A stretch of 64,000 nucleotides of DNA from positions 3,841 to 67,840 of the forward strand of contig NZ_CAUPZT010000003.1 of NCBI RefSeq assembly GCF_963515615.1, in the 5' to 3' direction. Under the pieces are notes generated by a model. That model saw only the letters and a program-made list of their open reading frames with translations. It searched no databases and had not been told where the DNA came from. Below, piece after piece: positions 20,408 through 29,225 of this stretch (position 1 is the first letter of the stretch; each line of letters starts with the position of its first letter). The translations under genes and the position numbers were made by a program. This stretch comes from an uncultured Granulicatella sp. (GTDB lineage: Bacteria > Bacillota > Bacilli > Lactobacillales > Aerococcaceae).

Positions 20408-21325
20408 CTATGATAAACTGTTTTTCCAAATTTCAGCTTGTTCTTTTGTAGTTAGTACAAAATGTCCCGGAGTCATTTCAAACATTTCTTCTGGTTCATT
20501 TTGAACAGTTGGCTGATAAATCACTCTTTTACGATTTCTTTCATATTGAGGATCTGGTAAAGGAATTGCTGATAATAGACTCTTCGTATACGGATGGAAT
20601 GGTTGATGATAAACAGCATCAGCAGTTCCTAATTCTACGATTTTCCCTTGATACATCACTGCAATTCGATCACTAATATATTTTACCATCGATAAATCAT
20701 GCGCAATAAATAAATATGTTAATTGTTGCTCTTTTTGCAATTTTTTTAATAAATTAACGATTTGTGCTTGAATTGATACATCTAATGCTGAAATTGGCTC
20801 ATCACAGACAATAAAACGAGGATTTACTGCTAAAGCTCTTGCAATCCCTATTCTTTGACGTTGACCACCAGAAAACTCATGTGGGTAACGATTGGCATGT
20901 TCTGGATTCAATCCTACCATTTTCAATAATTCGTTTACTTTTGCATCTCTTTCTGCACGAGTTTTAACGATACCGTGGATATCCATTCCTTCCGCAATAA
21001 TATCTCTAACTTTCATTCTACCATTTAAAGAAGCATATGGATCTTGGAAAATCATTTGTGCCTGTTTTCTAAAATCTTTTAATTCTTTTGTTTTTGTTGG
21101 AATTTCTTTTCCATCAAATAAAATTTGTCCGTCTGTTGCATCATTCAATCGCAAAATCGAACGACCTGTCGTAGATTTTCCTGAACCGGATTCTCCAACA
21201 AGACCGAAAGTCTCGCCTTCAAAAATTTCAAAACTAATATCATCGACTGCTTTTACAACTTGTTTCGAAGAAGAACCAAAGTAACACTTTAAGCCTTTAA
21301 CTTCGACTAATTTACGTTTACTCAT
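20408..21325 (-). CDS. oppF: Oligopeptide ABC transporter ATP-binding protein OppF
   Basis: Walker [10 protein letters not shown], signature FSGGQRQR, Walker [11 protein letters not shown], oligopeptide-type C-terminal extension. Confidence 0.85.
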   Translation of the reverse strand: MSKRKLVEVKGLKCYFGSSSKQVVKAVDDISFEIFEGETFGLVGESGSGKSTTGRSILRLNDATDGQILFDGKEIPTKTKELKDFRKQAQMIFQDPYASLNGRMKVRDIIAEGMDIHGIVKTRAERDAKVNELLKMVGLNPEHANRYPHEFSGGQRQRIGIARALAVNPRFIVCDEPISALDVSIQAQIVNLLKKLQKEQQLTYLFIAHDLSMVKYISDRIAVMYQGKIVELGTADAVYHQPFHPYTKSLLSAIPLPDPQYERNRKRVIYQPTVQNEPEEMFEMTPGHFVLTTKEQAEIWKNSLS

Positions 21326-22361
21326 TTGTCACTCTCCTACTTTCAAATTGTGTCCAGCGTTTTTGAATTTCTTCCGGTGGCTCTACTTTTGGAGCACGTT
21401 CATCTAATAACCATGTTGCTGCAGCATGTGTATTCGATACAGCAAACATTGGTGGCATTTCTTCAAAATCAATATCTAATGCATAGTCGCTTCTTAGAGC
21501 AAATGCATCTCCTTTTGGAGGATTTAATAAATCTGGCGGTGTTCCAGGAATCGTATATAAGGATTCTTCCTCTTCTAAAGAAGGCATTGAGCATAATAAT
21601 CCCCATGTATATGGATGTCTTGGATTGTAAAAAATTTCATCGACTAGTCCATATTCCACAATCTTCCCAGCATACATTACAGCCACTCTATCTGCAATAT
21701 TAGCTACAACACCTAAATCATGCGTAATAAAAATAATAGAAGTGCCCTGCTTTTGTTGAATTTCTTTTAATAATTCTAAAATTTGTGCTTGAATCGTTAC
21801 ATCCAATGCAGTCGTTGGTTCGTCTGCAATTAAAATATCTGGATGACATGCTAATGCAATTGCAATAACGATCCTTTGTCTTTGTCCACCAGAAAATTGA
21901 TGCGGATAATCATTCACTCTTTTTCCCGCATTTGGAATTCCGACTTGTTCTAATAATTGAACAGCTTGTTGCAAGGCTTCTTTTTTCGATAATTTTAAAT
22001 GCTTAATCATCGATTCCGCTACTTGCATGCCAACTTTCATCGTTGGGTCTAATGACGTCATTGGGTCTTGGAAAATCATCGCAATTTTCTTCCCACGAAT
22101 TTGTTGCATTTCAGATTCTGATTTTTCTAAAATATTTTCTTGTTCGAAAATAATTTCTCCATTTTCAACTAAAGCATTGGCAGATAATAATTGCATAATA
22201 GATCTAGTCGTAACAGATTTACCTGAACCAGACTCACCAACAATCGCTAAAGTTTCTCCTTTTTTCAAGTCAAAATCTATCCCTCGAACCGCTTGAACTT
22301 TTCCATCAAATGTTTGAAAGGATACTTGTAAATTTTTTACACTTAAAATTGTTTCACTCAT
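21318..22361 (-). CDS. oppD: Oligopeptide ABC transporter ATP-binding protein OppD
   Basis: Walker [10 protein letters not shown], signature FSGGQRQR, Walker [11 protein letters not shown]; overlaps oppF by 8 nt. Confidence 0.85.
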   Translation of the reverse strand: MSETILSVKNLQVSFQTFDGKVQAVRGIDFDLKKGETLAIVGESGSGKSVTTRSIMQLLSANALVENGEIIFEQENILEKSESEMQQIRGKKIAMIFQDPMTSLDPTMKVGMQVAESMIKHLKLSKKEALQQAVQLLEQVGIPNAGKRVNDYPHQFSGGQRQRIVIAIALACHPDILIADEPTTALDVTIQAQILELLKEIQQKQGTSIIFITHDLGVVANIADRVAVMYAGKIVEYGLVDEIFYNPRHPYTWGLLCSMPSLEEEESLYTIPGTPPDLLNPPKGDAFALRSDYALDIDFEEMPPMFAVSNTHAAATWLLDERAPKVEPPEEIQKRWTQFESRRVTNE

Positions 22362-22370
22362 ACATTTCTC

Positions 22371-23351
22371 CTATTCTTTCATTTTTGGATCAAAGGCATC
22401 TCTTAATCCATCTGCTAATAAATTAAAACTAATCATTAAAATACATAATACAATTGCCGGGAACCACATTAAGTGTGGTAAAAATCTAAATGTTTTATAC
22501 CCATCATTAATAAGCGAACCTAATGAAGCATTTGGTACTGGAACCCCAATTCCTAAGAAACTTAAAAATGCTTCAAAGAAAATCGCTGAAGGAATTGAAA
22601 ACATCGTTTGAATAATAATAATTCCAGCAATATTTGGTAATAGGTGTTTCAATGCAATTTTCCAAAAACTTTGTCCTAATGATTTAGACGCTAGGACATA
22701 TTCTAAATTTTTTAATTTTAATGTTTGCGCGCGAACAACACGGGCCATTGTTAACCAACTCGTAACCCCAATAGCTAAAATAATCGTACCGACACCTGGT
22801 TGTAAAAATAACAACATTAACACTAAGATAACTAAGTTTGGAATAGCCGTCATAATTTCTAAAATACGTTGCATCACTGTGTCTACACGACCACCAAACC
22901 AGCCAGAAATCAAGCCATATAATACCCCTACTGTTAAATCAAACATTGCAGCAGCAAAGGCAATTAATAATGATAATCTTGTTCCATATAAAATTCGAGA
23001 TAATAAATCTCTTCCTAAACCATCTGTCCCTAAATAGTAATAAGTTCCTTCAGGAACTCCTGCTTGAGCATATGCATCTACTCCCGCTCTCATCCCTTTA
23101 AAAATACCAGGAATTTTAGCTGGTAAATTCGCAAATTGAACATTTTGTTCCAATGGATCATGCGGACTAATAAAAGGGGCTAATAAAGCAAGAATGATAA
23201 AGAGAACTACAATTCCTAACGATACAACTGCCCCTTTGTTTTTTTTCAATCGTCTCCATGCATCTTGTAAAAAACTTTGAGGAGGCAGTGAAATATTTTC
23301 CACTTGTTCAAAAGACGATGCTACACGTTTAAATGCTACTTTTTCTGTCAT
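22371..23351 (-). CDS. oppC: Oligopeptide ABC transporter permease OppC
   Basis: Six-TM BPD-type permease with an OppC-like N-terminal extension. Confidence 0.8.
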   Translation of the reverse strand: MTEKVAFKRVASSFEQVENISLPPQSFLQDAWRRLKKNKGAVVSLGIVVLFIILALLAPFISPHDPLEQNVQFANLPAKIPGIFKGMRAGVDAYAQAGVPEGTYYYLGTDGLGRDLLSRILYGTRLSLLIAFAAAMFDLTVGVLYGLISGWFGGRVDTVMQRILEIMTAIPNLVILVLMLLFLQPGVGTIILAIGVTSWLTMARVVRAQTLKLKNLEYVLASKSLGQSFWKIALKHLLPNIAGIIIIQTMFSIPSAIFFEAFLSFLGIGVPVPNASLGSLINDGYKTFRFLPHLMWFPAIVLCILMISFNLLADGLRDAFDPKMKE

Positions 23352-24295
23352 TATGAAGCTTCTCCTCCTTGTGTTAAACGAATTCTAGGATCAATAAATC
23401 CATATAGTAAATCCACAATTAAAATGGTCACAACTAGTAAAAATGAATACATCATTGTCACACCCATAATTGTTGGATAATCATTTGTTAAAATGGATTT
23501 AACAAATTGCTCCCCAATACCAGGAATGGCAAAAATATTTTCAATGACCATTGAGCCTGTCATTAAACCAACTAACATTGGACCAGCAATGGTCACTAAA
23601 GGAATCAACGCATTACGTACCCCATGTTTCATGACAACTTCCATACGGCTCAAACCTTTTGCACGTGCTAATTCCATATAATCAGACTGTAACACTTCAA
23701 CCATTTCCGTACGAATAAAACGAGCAGAATCCGCTACTGGAGAGATGGATAATGCTAAAGTCGGTAAAATCGAAGAAATAAACCCTTGATTCCATAATGC
23801 AATTGGTAATATCGGAAAAATAACGCCGAATACTAATTGTAAAACAACTGCAAATACAAAACTTGGCACTGAACGTCCAATAATCGCAAAGAAAGTAGCT
23901 CCAGTATCCACAATCGTATTTTGTTTCATCGCTGCCACTAATCCAAGCAATGTACCCATTCCCATACCGAAAATTAATGCTTGTAGCCCAATTTGGAACG
24001 ATGGGCCTACACGACTAGATAATAAATTTAAGACCGTTGAATTATATTGGAAAGACATTCCTAAATCTAATCGAACTAAACCACCTAAATAAATGAAATA
24101 TTGCATCCAAACTGGTTTATCCAACCCATATTTTGCATTCATAATTTGTAATTGAGCATCTGTTAAATTCTCTTCATTCGCATAAGGCGAACCCGGTAAT
24201 AATTTCATTAAGAAAAACGTGATTGTCGCAATTAAAAACAATGTAACAACCATGTAGAAAATCCGTTTTAAAATATATTTCGTATATTGATTCAT
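23351..24295 (-). CDS. oppB: Oligopeptide ABC transporter permease OppB
   Basis: MNQYTKYILKRIFYMVVTLFLIATITFFLMKLLPGSPY, a typical OppB/DppB N-terminus. Start at ATG 24295 behind AGGAGG. Confidence 0.85.
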   Translation of the reverse strand: MNQYTKYILKRIFYMVVTLFLIATITFFLMKLLPGSPYANEENLTDAQLQIMNAKYGLDKPVWMQYFIYLGGLVRLDLGMSFQYNSTVLNLLSSRVGPSFQIGLQALIFGMGMGTLLGLVAAMKQNTIVDTGATFFAIIGRSVPSFVFAVVLQLVFGVIFPILPIALWNQGFISSILPTLALSISPVADSARFIRTEMVEVLQSDYMELARAKGLSRMEVVMKHGVRNALIPLVTIAGPMLVGLMTGSMVIENIFAIPGIGEQFVKSILTNDYPTIMGVTMMYSFLLVVTILIVDLLYGFIDPRIRLTQGGEAS

Positions 24296-24445
24296 GTACT
24301 TCCTCCTGAAAATACTCTTCACTTTTTAATAAAGAATGTTTTATCTATCATACTATTTTTAGCTTTTATAATTCAATCATTTTGTTTGAAAAAGTTTGAG
24401 AATGTAGTGTACATTTCATTAAAACTACAATAAATGGCTGATTAT

Positions 24446-24498
24446 AAAAAGACCGACCTCCAACTGTTAGATTTTTAGTCTAACTTTTTGGGGTCGGT
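24446..24498 (-). terminator. Long hairpin terminator after the GNAT gene (CCCCAAAAAGTT family)
   Basis: Minus strand ACCGACCCCAAAAAGTTAGACTAAAAATCTAACAGTTGGAGGTCGGT followed by CTTTTTAT. Confidence 0.6.
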
Positions 24499-24508
24499 AT
24501 AGTAGATT

Positions 24509-25090
24509 TTATAATTTTATAATCATAACCTTTAATTGATTAGGAGATGTATAACCTTCTACTTGTTTAAATCCAAAATCTTGATAAAAGTTTAAAAGAT
24601 GTTCATTATTTTCACACTCAAGCCAAACATATTTAGATCCAACAATCATACATGCTTCTTGTAACTTCTTATAAGCTAATGTTAGTAAATCTTGTCCTTT
24701 AATAGTATGTTGATCATTGAAATTTCTTCCGATTTGTCCTAATAAATAACTATATATTTGTAAATCTCCATTAGAGGTTATATAACTATGATTTCTCAAA
24801 ATCTTCTTTTGTGTTTTAGAAAGCTTTTCTACATACTTTTTTGGCATAGTTAAAGGTTTATTTGCTAGAGAAAAATAACCTAATAAATTTATCGTTTGAT
24901 CAAACACCAAATACGTCGTAGAAGCTCCTACTTTCTCTAAATGAATTGCCTTATTATGTAAAAAGTATTCCACATCATTTGATTTTCCATCTTGTTGCGA
25001 AATACTTTTAAATCTATTAATTATTTCAGTCAGTTCATGCTCAAATAATTCTTCCATTAATTGTCGTAAAGTTAAAATTTGATATTTCAC
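24509..25090 (-). CDS. GNAT-fold acetyltransferase resembling TacT/AtaT/KacT-type toxins
   Basis: DVEYFLHNKAIHLEKVGASTTYLVFDQ..LLGYFSL and ..LLGQIGRN...GQDLL...LLNFYQDFGFKQV follow the pattern of GNAT toxins. GTG start overlaps the stop of the upstream small ORF (GTGA). Confidence 0.6.
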   Translation of the reverse strand: MKYQILTLRQLMEELFEHELTEIINRFKSISQQDGKSNDVEYFLHNKAIHLEKVGASTTYLVFDQTINLLGYFSLANKPLTMPKKYVEKLSKTQKKILRNHSYITSNGDLQIYSYLLGQIGRNFNDQHTIKGQDLLTLAYKKLQEACMIVGSKYVWLECENNEHLLNFYQDFGFKQVEGYTSPNQLKVMIIKL

Positions 25091-25263
25091 TTTTTAGACT
25101 CCTTTAACTGGCGAACAAAATTTGATACTTCTTCTTTTCCTCTTAAAGTCTCAGCAGAAACTTCGGTTAAATTAGGCTTTTGATTATTTTTCAGCGCTTT
25201 AACCAATGCATCTGTATGATTATGATTAAATATAATATTAGTTGTAAAACTTTCTGTTGCCAT
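25087..25263 (-). CDS. 58-aa partner ORF (putative antitoxin), absent from the ORF track
   Basis: ATG 25263 behind GAAGGAGG; MATESFTTNIIFNHNHTDALVKALKNNQKPNLTEVSAETLRGKEEVSNFVRQLKESKK. Its TGA overlaps the GTG start of the GNAT gene by 4 nt. Confidence 0.5.
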   Translation of the reverse strand: MATESFTTNIIFNHNHTDALVKALKNNQKPNLTEVSAETLRGKEEVSNFVRQLKESKK

Positions 25264-25377
25264 AACATAACCTCCTTCTCACTCTACAAGCATAGCATAC
25301 AGTACCATCTTAAATTTTACAATCTAACAGGTTGACAAATACAACAAAATACCCATCAATTTATTAATCAAAAACCT

Positions 25378-26976
25378 TTACTTAATTGACAACTTTCCAT
25401 CTTCCAACACATAAATCTTGTGATAATCTTCTGGATGTTTTGGCATACGATGGGAAATTTCTATAAAACTCATTTGTCTTTCTTTTAATAAGTCTCGAAT
25501 AAAAGTAGTTGTTTCTTCATCAACTGCAGAAGAAAATTCATCTATTAATAATACTTCATAAGAACGAAGCAATAATCGAGCTAAACATAATCGGGCTTTT
25601 TCTCCTCCAGATAAATTGTCAACTAAATTTACAGTTTCATCCATTAAATTATATCGTTCAAGTAAATAAGACAAATGCACTTCTTTTAGAACATTCTCCA
25701 TCTGTTCTACAGAATATTCTTCACCAAGAGTTAGATTAAACGCTAATGAATTCATAAAAATTGTAGATTCTTGCATAAAATAACCAATCTTAGCTTTTTG
25801 AAAAGCATTATTTGTCTCAGATGCCTCGACTCCTGCAAAGCTTATTTGCCCAGCTTGTGGATGGATATCTCCATAAATACAATCTAATAAAGTTGTTTTC
25901 CCACTTCCTGAAGGCCCCATTAATAAAATCCGTTCTCCTTTATTCATCATCAAGTGTAACTCATTTAAAATCGTATGTTCTTTTACTTTTAAATGAATAT
26001 TCGTTAATTGAATAGGAAAAACTTCTGTGACAAGTACTTCTTCTTCCTTCATCGGTTCAAATTCTAAATATTTATTCATTCGCTGAACCATTGGAATCGT
26101 TGTATTCATTTTTTGATAAAAATCCATCGCATTTAATAATGGACTAATAATACGATCACTTGCTAAATAAATCGCCATGACAACGGATAATTTCAAATCA
26201 CCCTGAATAGAAAAATAAACACCAATTGCTAAAGGAAGAAAAGAACTAATTCCGGATACTAAATTCGCTAAGATTTTTGAAAGAAAACGTAAATGATTCA
26301 TCTGATAATAATCTTCTTCCGTTGCACGAATTTTACAACCTAAATTCGAAATGGCAATTGATTCTACTCGAAAATTTTTAATCACACGCTTATAATCAAT
26401 GAACTCATGTTGTCTTGCAATATACTGTTGATTATTCTGCGACCACTCTTGCGCCTTCACTTTAATTTTCTTCGTAAACAAATGCGGAATTAACAAAGGT
26501 AAAATCGCAAAAGCTAAGAAAATAATCGTCATTTTCAAATCTAAAATAGTTATATAAATAAAAGTAACAAACGAAAAAGTCAGACAATATACAAAACTAA
26601 TAAATGAAACAATTCCTTGTTGTTGAATGACATTCCACTCCGTTAATAGAATGGACTCTACTTCACTTTGTTCGAAGTCCCCTTCATAATAATTCGTAAT
26701 CAGTTTTTCCTTCGTTTGAATCGATAATAATTTTAATAGTCGTTGTTGAAATTCATCCCAAATAAACACTCCAAAACGAACAAAACCATACCCTAATATC
26801 CCAACAATCGAAATAAGTACTAAATCCGTAACATTTTTAGAAGTTCCCACTTCGATTAAATTGGAAATAAAATAAGGAATTACAATTCCATCCAATGCCG
26901 TAATACCCATTCCAATAACAATGAGCAAAAGAATTTTCTTTGGAATCGATTGGAATAATTTTAATAAACTCAGCAT
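25378..26976 (-). CDS. ABC exporter, fused permease/ATPase half-transporter
   Basis: 532 aa; 6 predicted TM helices then Walker A GPSGSGKTT, signature LSGGEKARL, Walker B LLIDEFSSAVD. Confidence 0.8.
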   Translation of the reverse strand: MLSLLKLFQSIPKKILLLIVIGMGITALDGIVIPYFISNLIEVGTSKNVTDLVLISIVGILGYGFVRFGVFIWDEFQQRLLKLLSIQTKEKLITNYYEGDFEQSEVESILLTEWNVIQQQGIVSFISFVYCLTFSFVTFIYITILDLKMTIIFLAFAILPLLIPHLFTKKIKVKAQEWSQNNQQYIARQHEFIDYKRVIKNFRVESIAISNLGCKIRATEEDYYQMNHLRFLSKILANLVSGISSFLPLAIGVYFSIQGDLKLSVVMAIYLASDRIISPLLNAMDFYQKMNTTIPMVQRMNKYLEFEPMKEEEVLVTEVFPIQLTNIHLKVKEHTILNELHLMMNKGERILLMGPSGSGKTTLLDCIYGDIHPQAGQISFAGVEASETNNAFQKAKIGYFMQESTIFMNSLAFNLTLGEEYSVEQMENVLKEVHLSYLLERYNLMDETVNLVDNLSGGEKARLCLARLLLRSYEVLLIDEFSSAVDEETTTFIRDLLKERQMSFIEISHRMPKHPEDYHKIYVLEDGKLSIK

Positions 26977-27056
26977 ATTTCATTGCTCCTTTTTTTAAGT
27001 ATTATTGTTCACTATATCGCAAAGTAGTGTTTTAGTAAATAGTATTCTAAAAGAAT

Positions 27057-27199
27057 ATGACTTTTCATAGTAGCAGTAGTATTAGAAGTCGCTTCGACTT
27101 CTAATACTGGAAACTTTGAGACCCTAGGCTCAAAGTTTAGCAATGAGACTCGCTTTGCGAGGCTGCTTGCGTCCTTTCTGCTACTATAAATAAAGTCAT
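27057..27199 (+). repeat. Nested-hairpin repeat, copy 4 (long form, three inner hairpins)
   Basis: ATGACTTTTCATAGTAGCAG..[TATTAGAAGTCG/CGACTTCTAATA]..[AAACTTTGAG/CTCAAAGTTT]..[CTCGC/GCGAG]..GCTGCTTGCGTCC..CTGCTACTATAAATAAAGTCAT. Separates two ABC half-transporter genes. Confidence 0.85.
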
Positions 27200-28819
27200 T
27201 TACGCATTTATCTCCCTTATCATAATGCTTCCATCTTGTATTTCTAAACAATAATCAAATTGTTGCATAAATTCTTCATCATATTGGTGTGTACTATAAA
27301 CGATTAATTTATTTTCTAACTGTTTCACTACTTCTTCTACTTTCAAGCGATTCTGAACATCCAAGCCAGCAGTCGGTTCATCAAATAATAAAATTTCTCT
27401 ATCAAAGAATAATAACCTCGCCAAATCAATTCTTCTCTTTTCACCACCTGATGCAGTCGAAAGAATACTATTAAACTCCGTTGACTGATCCGCCCATTTT
27501 TCTAATCCAACTTGCTTACATAACGCTTGAAACTGAGAATCAGTAATTGAATTTTGTAAGCTAATATTCTCTTTTAATGATAATTGAAAGATTGAAGTTT
27601 CTTGCCCAATATAAGAAATTTGATGAGAAATTTTTTCTAATTCAGAACTATCCAATAATTTCCCATTTTCCAATTGAAATTTCAATGACTGATTTTCAAC
27701 AGCGATTGAACCAATCAATGATTTTAAAAAGGTTGATTTTCCACTACCACTTTCACCAATCAAAAGATACTTCTTCCCTTTTTCTAATTGAAGATTCAAC
27801 TGTTGAAATATTAGTTTTTCATCAAAATTTACCGAAAAATCTTCAAAAATAATTTTTTGAATATTAGATTCTTCTTTTACGACGTTAATTTTTCTTTGAT
27901 CAATAATTTCAAACACTTTATCTTTTACACTTTTAGCAGCGACTACTTCCGTATAACTCGCTCCAAACCCTTGAATAGGATATGCTACATATTGTGTTAA
28001 TTGTTTAATTGTAAAAAATACTGCTAAAGTAACCGAATAATTTAATACAAAATAGCCTCCTAATACCCAAGAGAATACATTTACAAACATTCTCAATCCA
28101 TAAGAAATTGCATAAACAAATTTATTAGTATGTGTTACGTATACCTTTGCTTCTACTAAATCACGACTTTTACTTCTTAAGCGTTTATTAAATAACGGAA
28201 AAACATCATATACTTTTAAAGTTGTAAAAGAATCGAATATTTCTGTTAATAACGATAAATATTTTTCATTAATTTGAGATAAATTTAATTTTGCATTTCC
28301 TAAAATTTTTCTTGAAAAATATGGCAACGCAAATGGTAACGAACTTAATCCAATCATTAAAATAGCAAACAAAGGACTAATGACTATGGCAGATACGAAT
28401 CCTAAAATAAATACCCATACATCATTGTACATACTTAACAATTCTTTAATATAATCACTTTCAATAGTTTCTAAATCTTTTGTGTACATATTTAAGTAGT
28501 AATCTCTACCTAATTTTTCAAACTCCACAATGGATTGGCTTTCAATTTATTCGAGTAAATCTTCTCGAATGTGATACATTAATTCCTGCGTTAGTCTTTC
28601 ATTTACAACATCTACTGCATAATCTAAATATGAATCAATCAATACATAAACAAAGGATAAAACTGCAATCCATATAAAATTTTCAAATTTTCCTTCTGTA
28701 ATAGTTTCCACTAATAAATTAATAATATAAGCCATAAAAACAACAGATACTGCCCCAAGCATACTAACGAAAGAAAAGGCAATAAATGGTTTCATACTTT
28801 TACGAATATAACGATACAT
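27200..28819 (-). pseudogene. ABC exporter half-transporter interrupted by one in-frame TAA (28547-28549)
   Basis: ORFs 28547-28819 (90 aa, N-terminal TM segment) and 27200-28528 (442 aa; Walker [29 protein letters not shown]) share one frame (...DLLE*IESQSIVEFEKLG...). The final stop TAA lies inside repeat copy 4. Confidence 0.6.
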
Positions 28820-28839
28820 TAAAATTCCTCCATAAAAAT

Positions 28840-28872
28840 CTAAAATACAAACATTACTCGATATAAAAACAT
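28840..28872 (-). CDS. 10-codon upstream ORF MFLYRVMFVF with a strong RBS
   Basis: AAGGAGGTAACATC-ATG TTT TTA TAT CGA GTA ATG TTT GTA TTT TAG, ending 20 nt before the ABC pseudogene start. Confidence 0.2.
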   Translation of the reverse strand: MFLYRVMFVF

Positions 28873-29011
28873 GATGTTACCTCCTTCACATTAAATTTTA
28901 GAAGATTAAACCACTTCCAATTCAGATTATAGTTTAATTAAAAAATAAAAACAATATGATTAGAAAATTTCTCAATAGAACTTTTACATCAGACATATTT
29001 TGACAATGGGC

Positions 29012-29088
29012 AATGACTTTTCATGGTAGCAGTAGCAATGAAACCGAAGGTTTGCTGCCGCCCTTTGCTACTATAGATAAAGTTATTT
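29012..29088 (+). repeat. Nested-hairpin repeat, copy 5 (short form)
   Basis: AATGACTTTTCATGGTAGCAGTAGCAATGAAACCGAAGGTTTGCTGCCGCCCTTTGCTACTATAGATAAAGTTATTTACGC. Confidence 0.75.
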
Positions 29089-29092
29089 ACGC

Positions 29093-29137
29093 AAAAATGA
29101 AGTGACCCCAAAAAGTTAAACTTTTTGGGGCCACTTC
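29093..29137 (-). terminator. 19-bp near-perfect hairpin terminator after the 536-aa ABC gene (CCCCAAAAAGTT family)
   Basis: GAAGTGGCCCCAAAAAGTT-TA-AACTTTTTGGGGTCACTTC followed by ATTTTTG on the minus strand. Confidence 0.7.
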
Positions 29138-29225
29138 AGAAAACATGCTGATATGAAATACTCCACTATTTGTTCTACACATTAAGTCTCAGTGTAATAT
29201 TTCGTAATAAAAGAAAGTTATTCAG

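Noticed and set aside
27012-27251. ORF-track entries 27012-27251, 38706-38900 and 9222-9416 as small proteins.
   Set aside because: Each runs straight through a nested-hairpin repeat copy. The open frame is a by-product of the repeat sequence, and there is no RBS.
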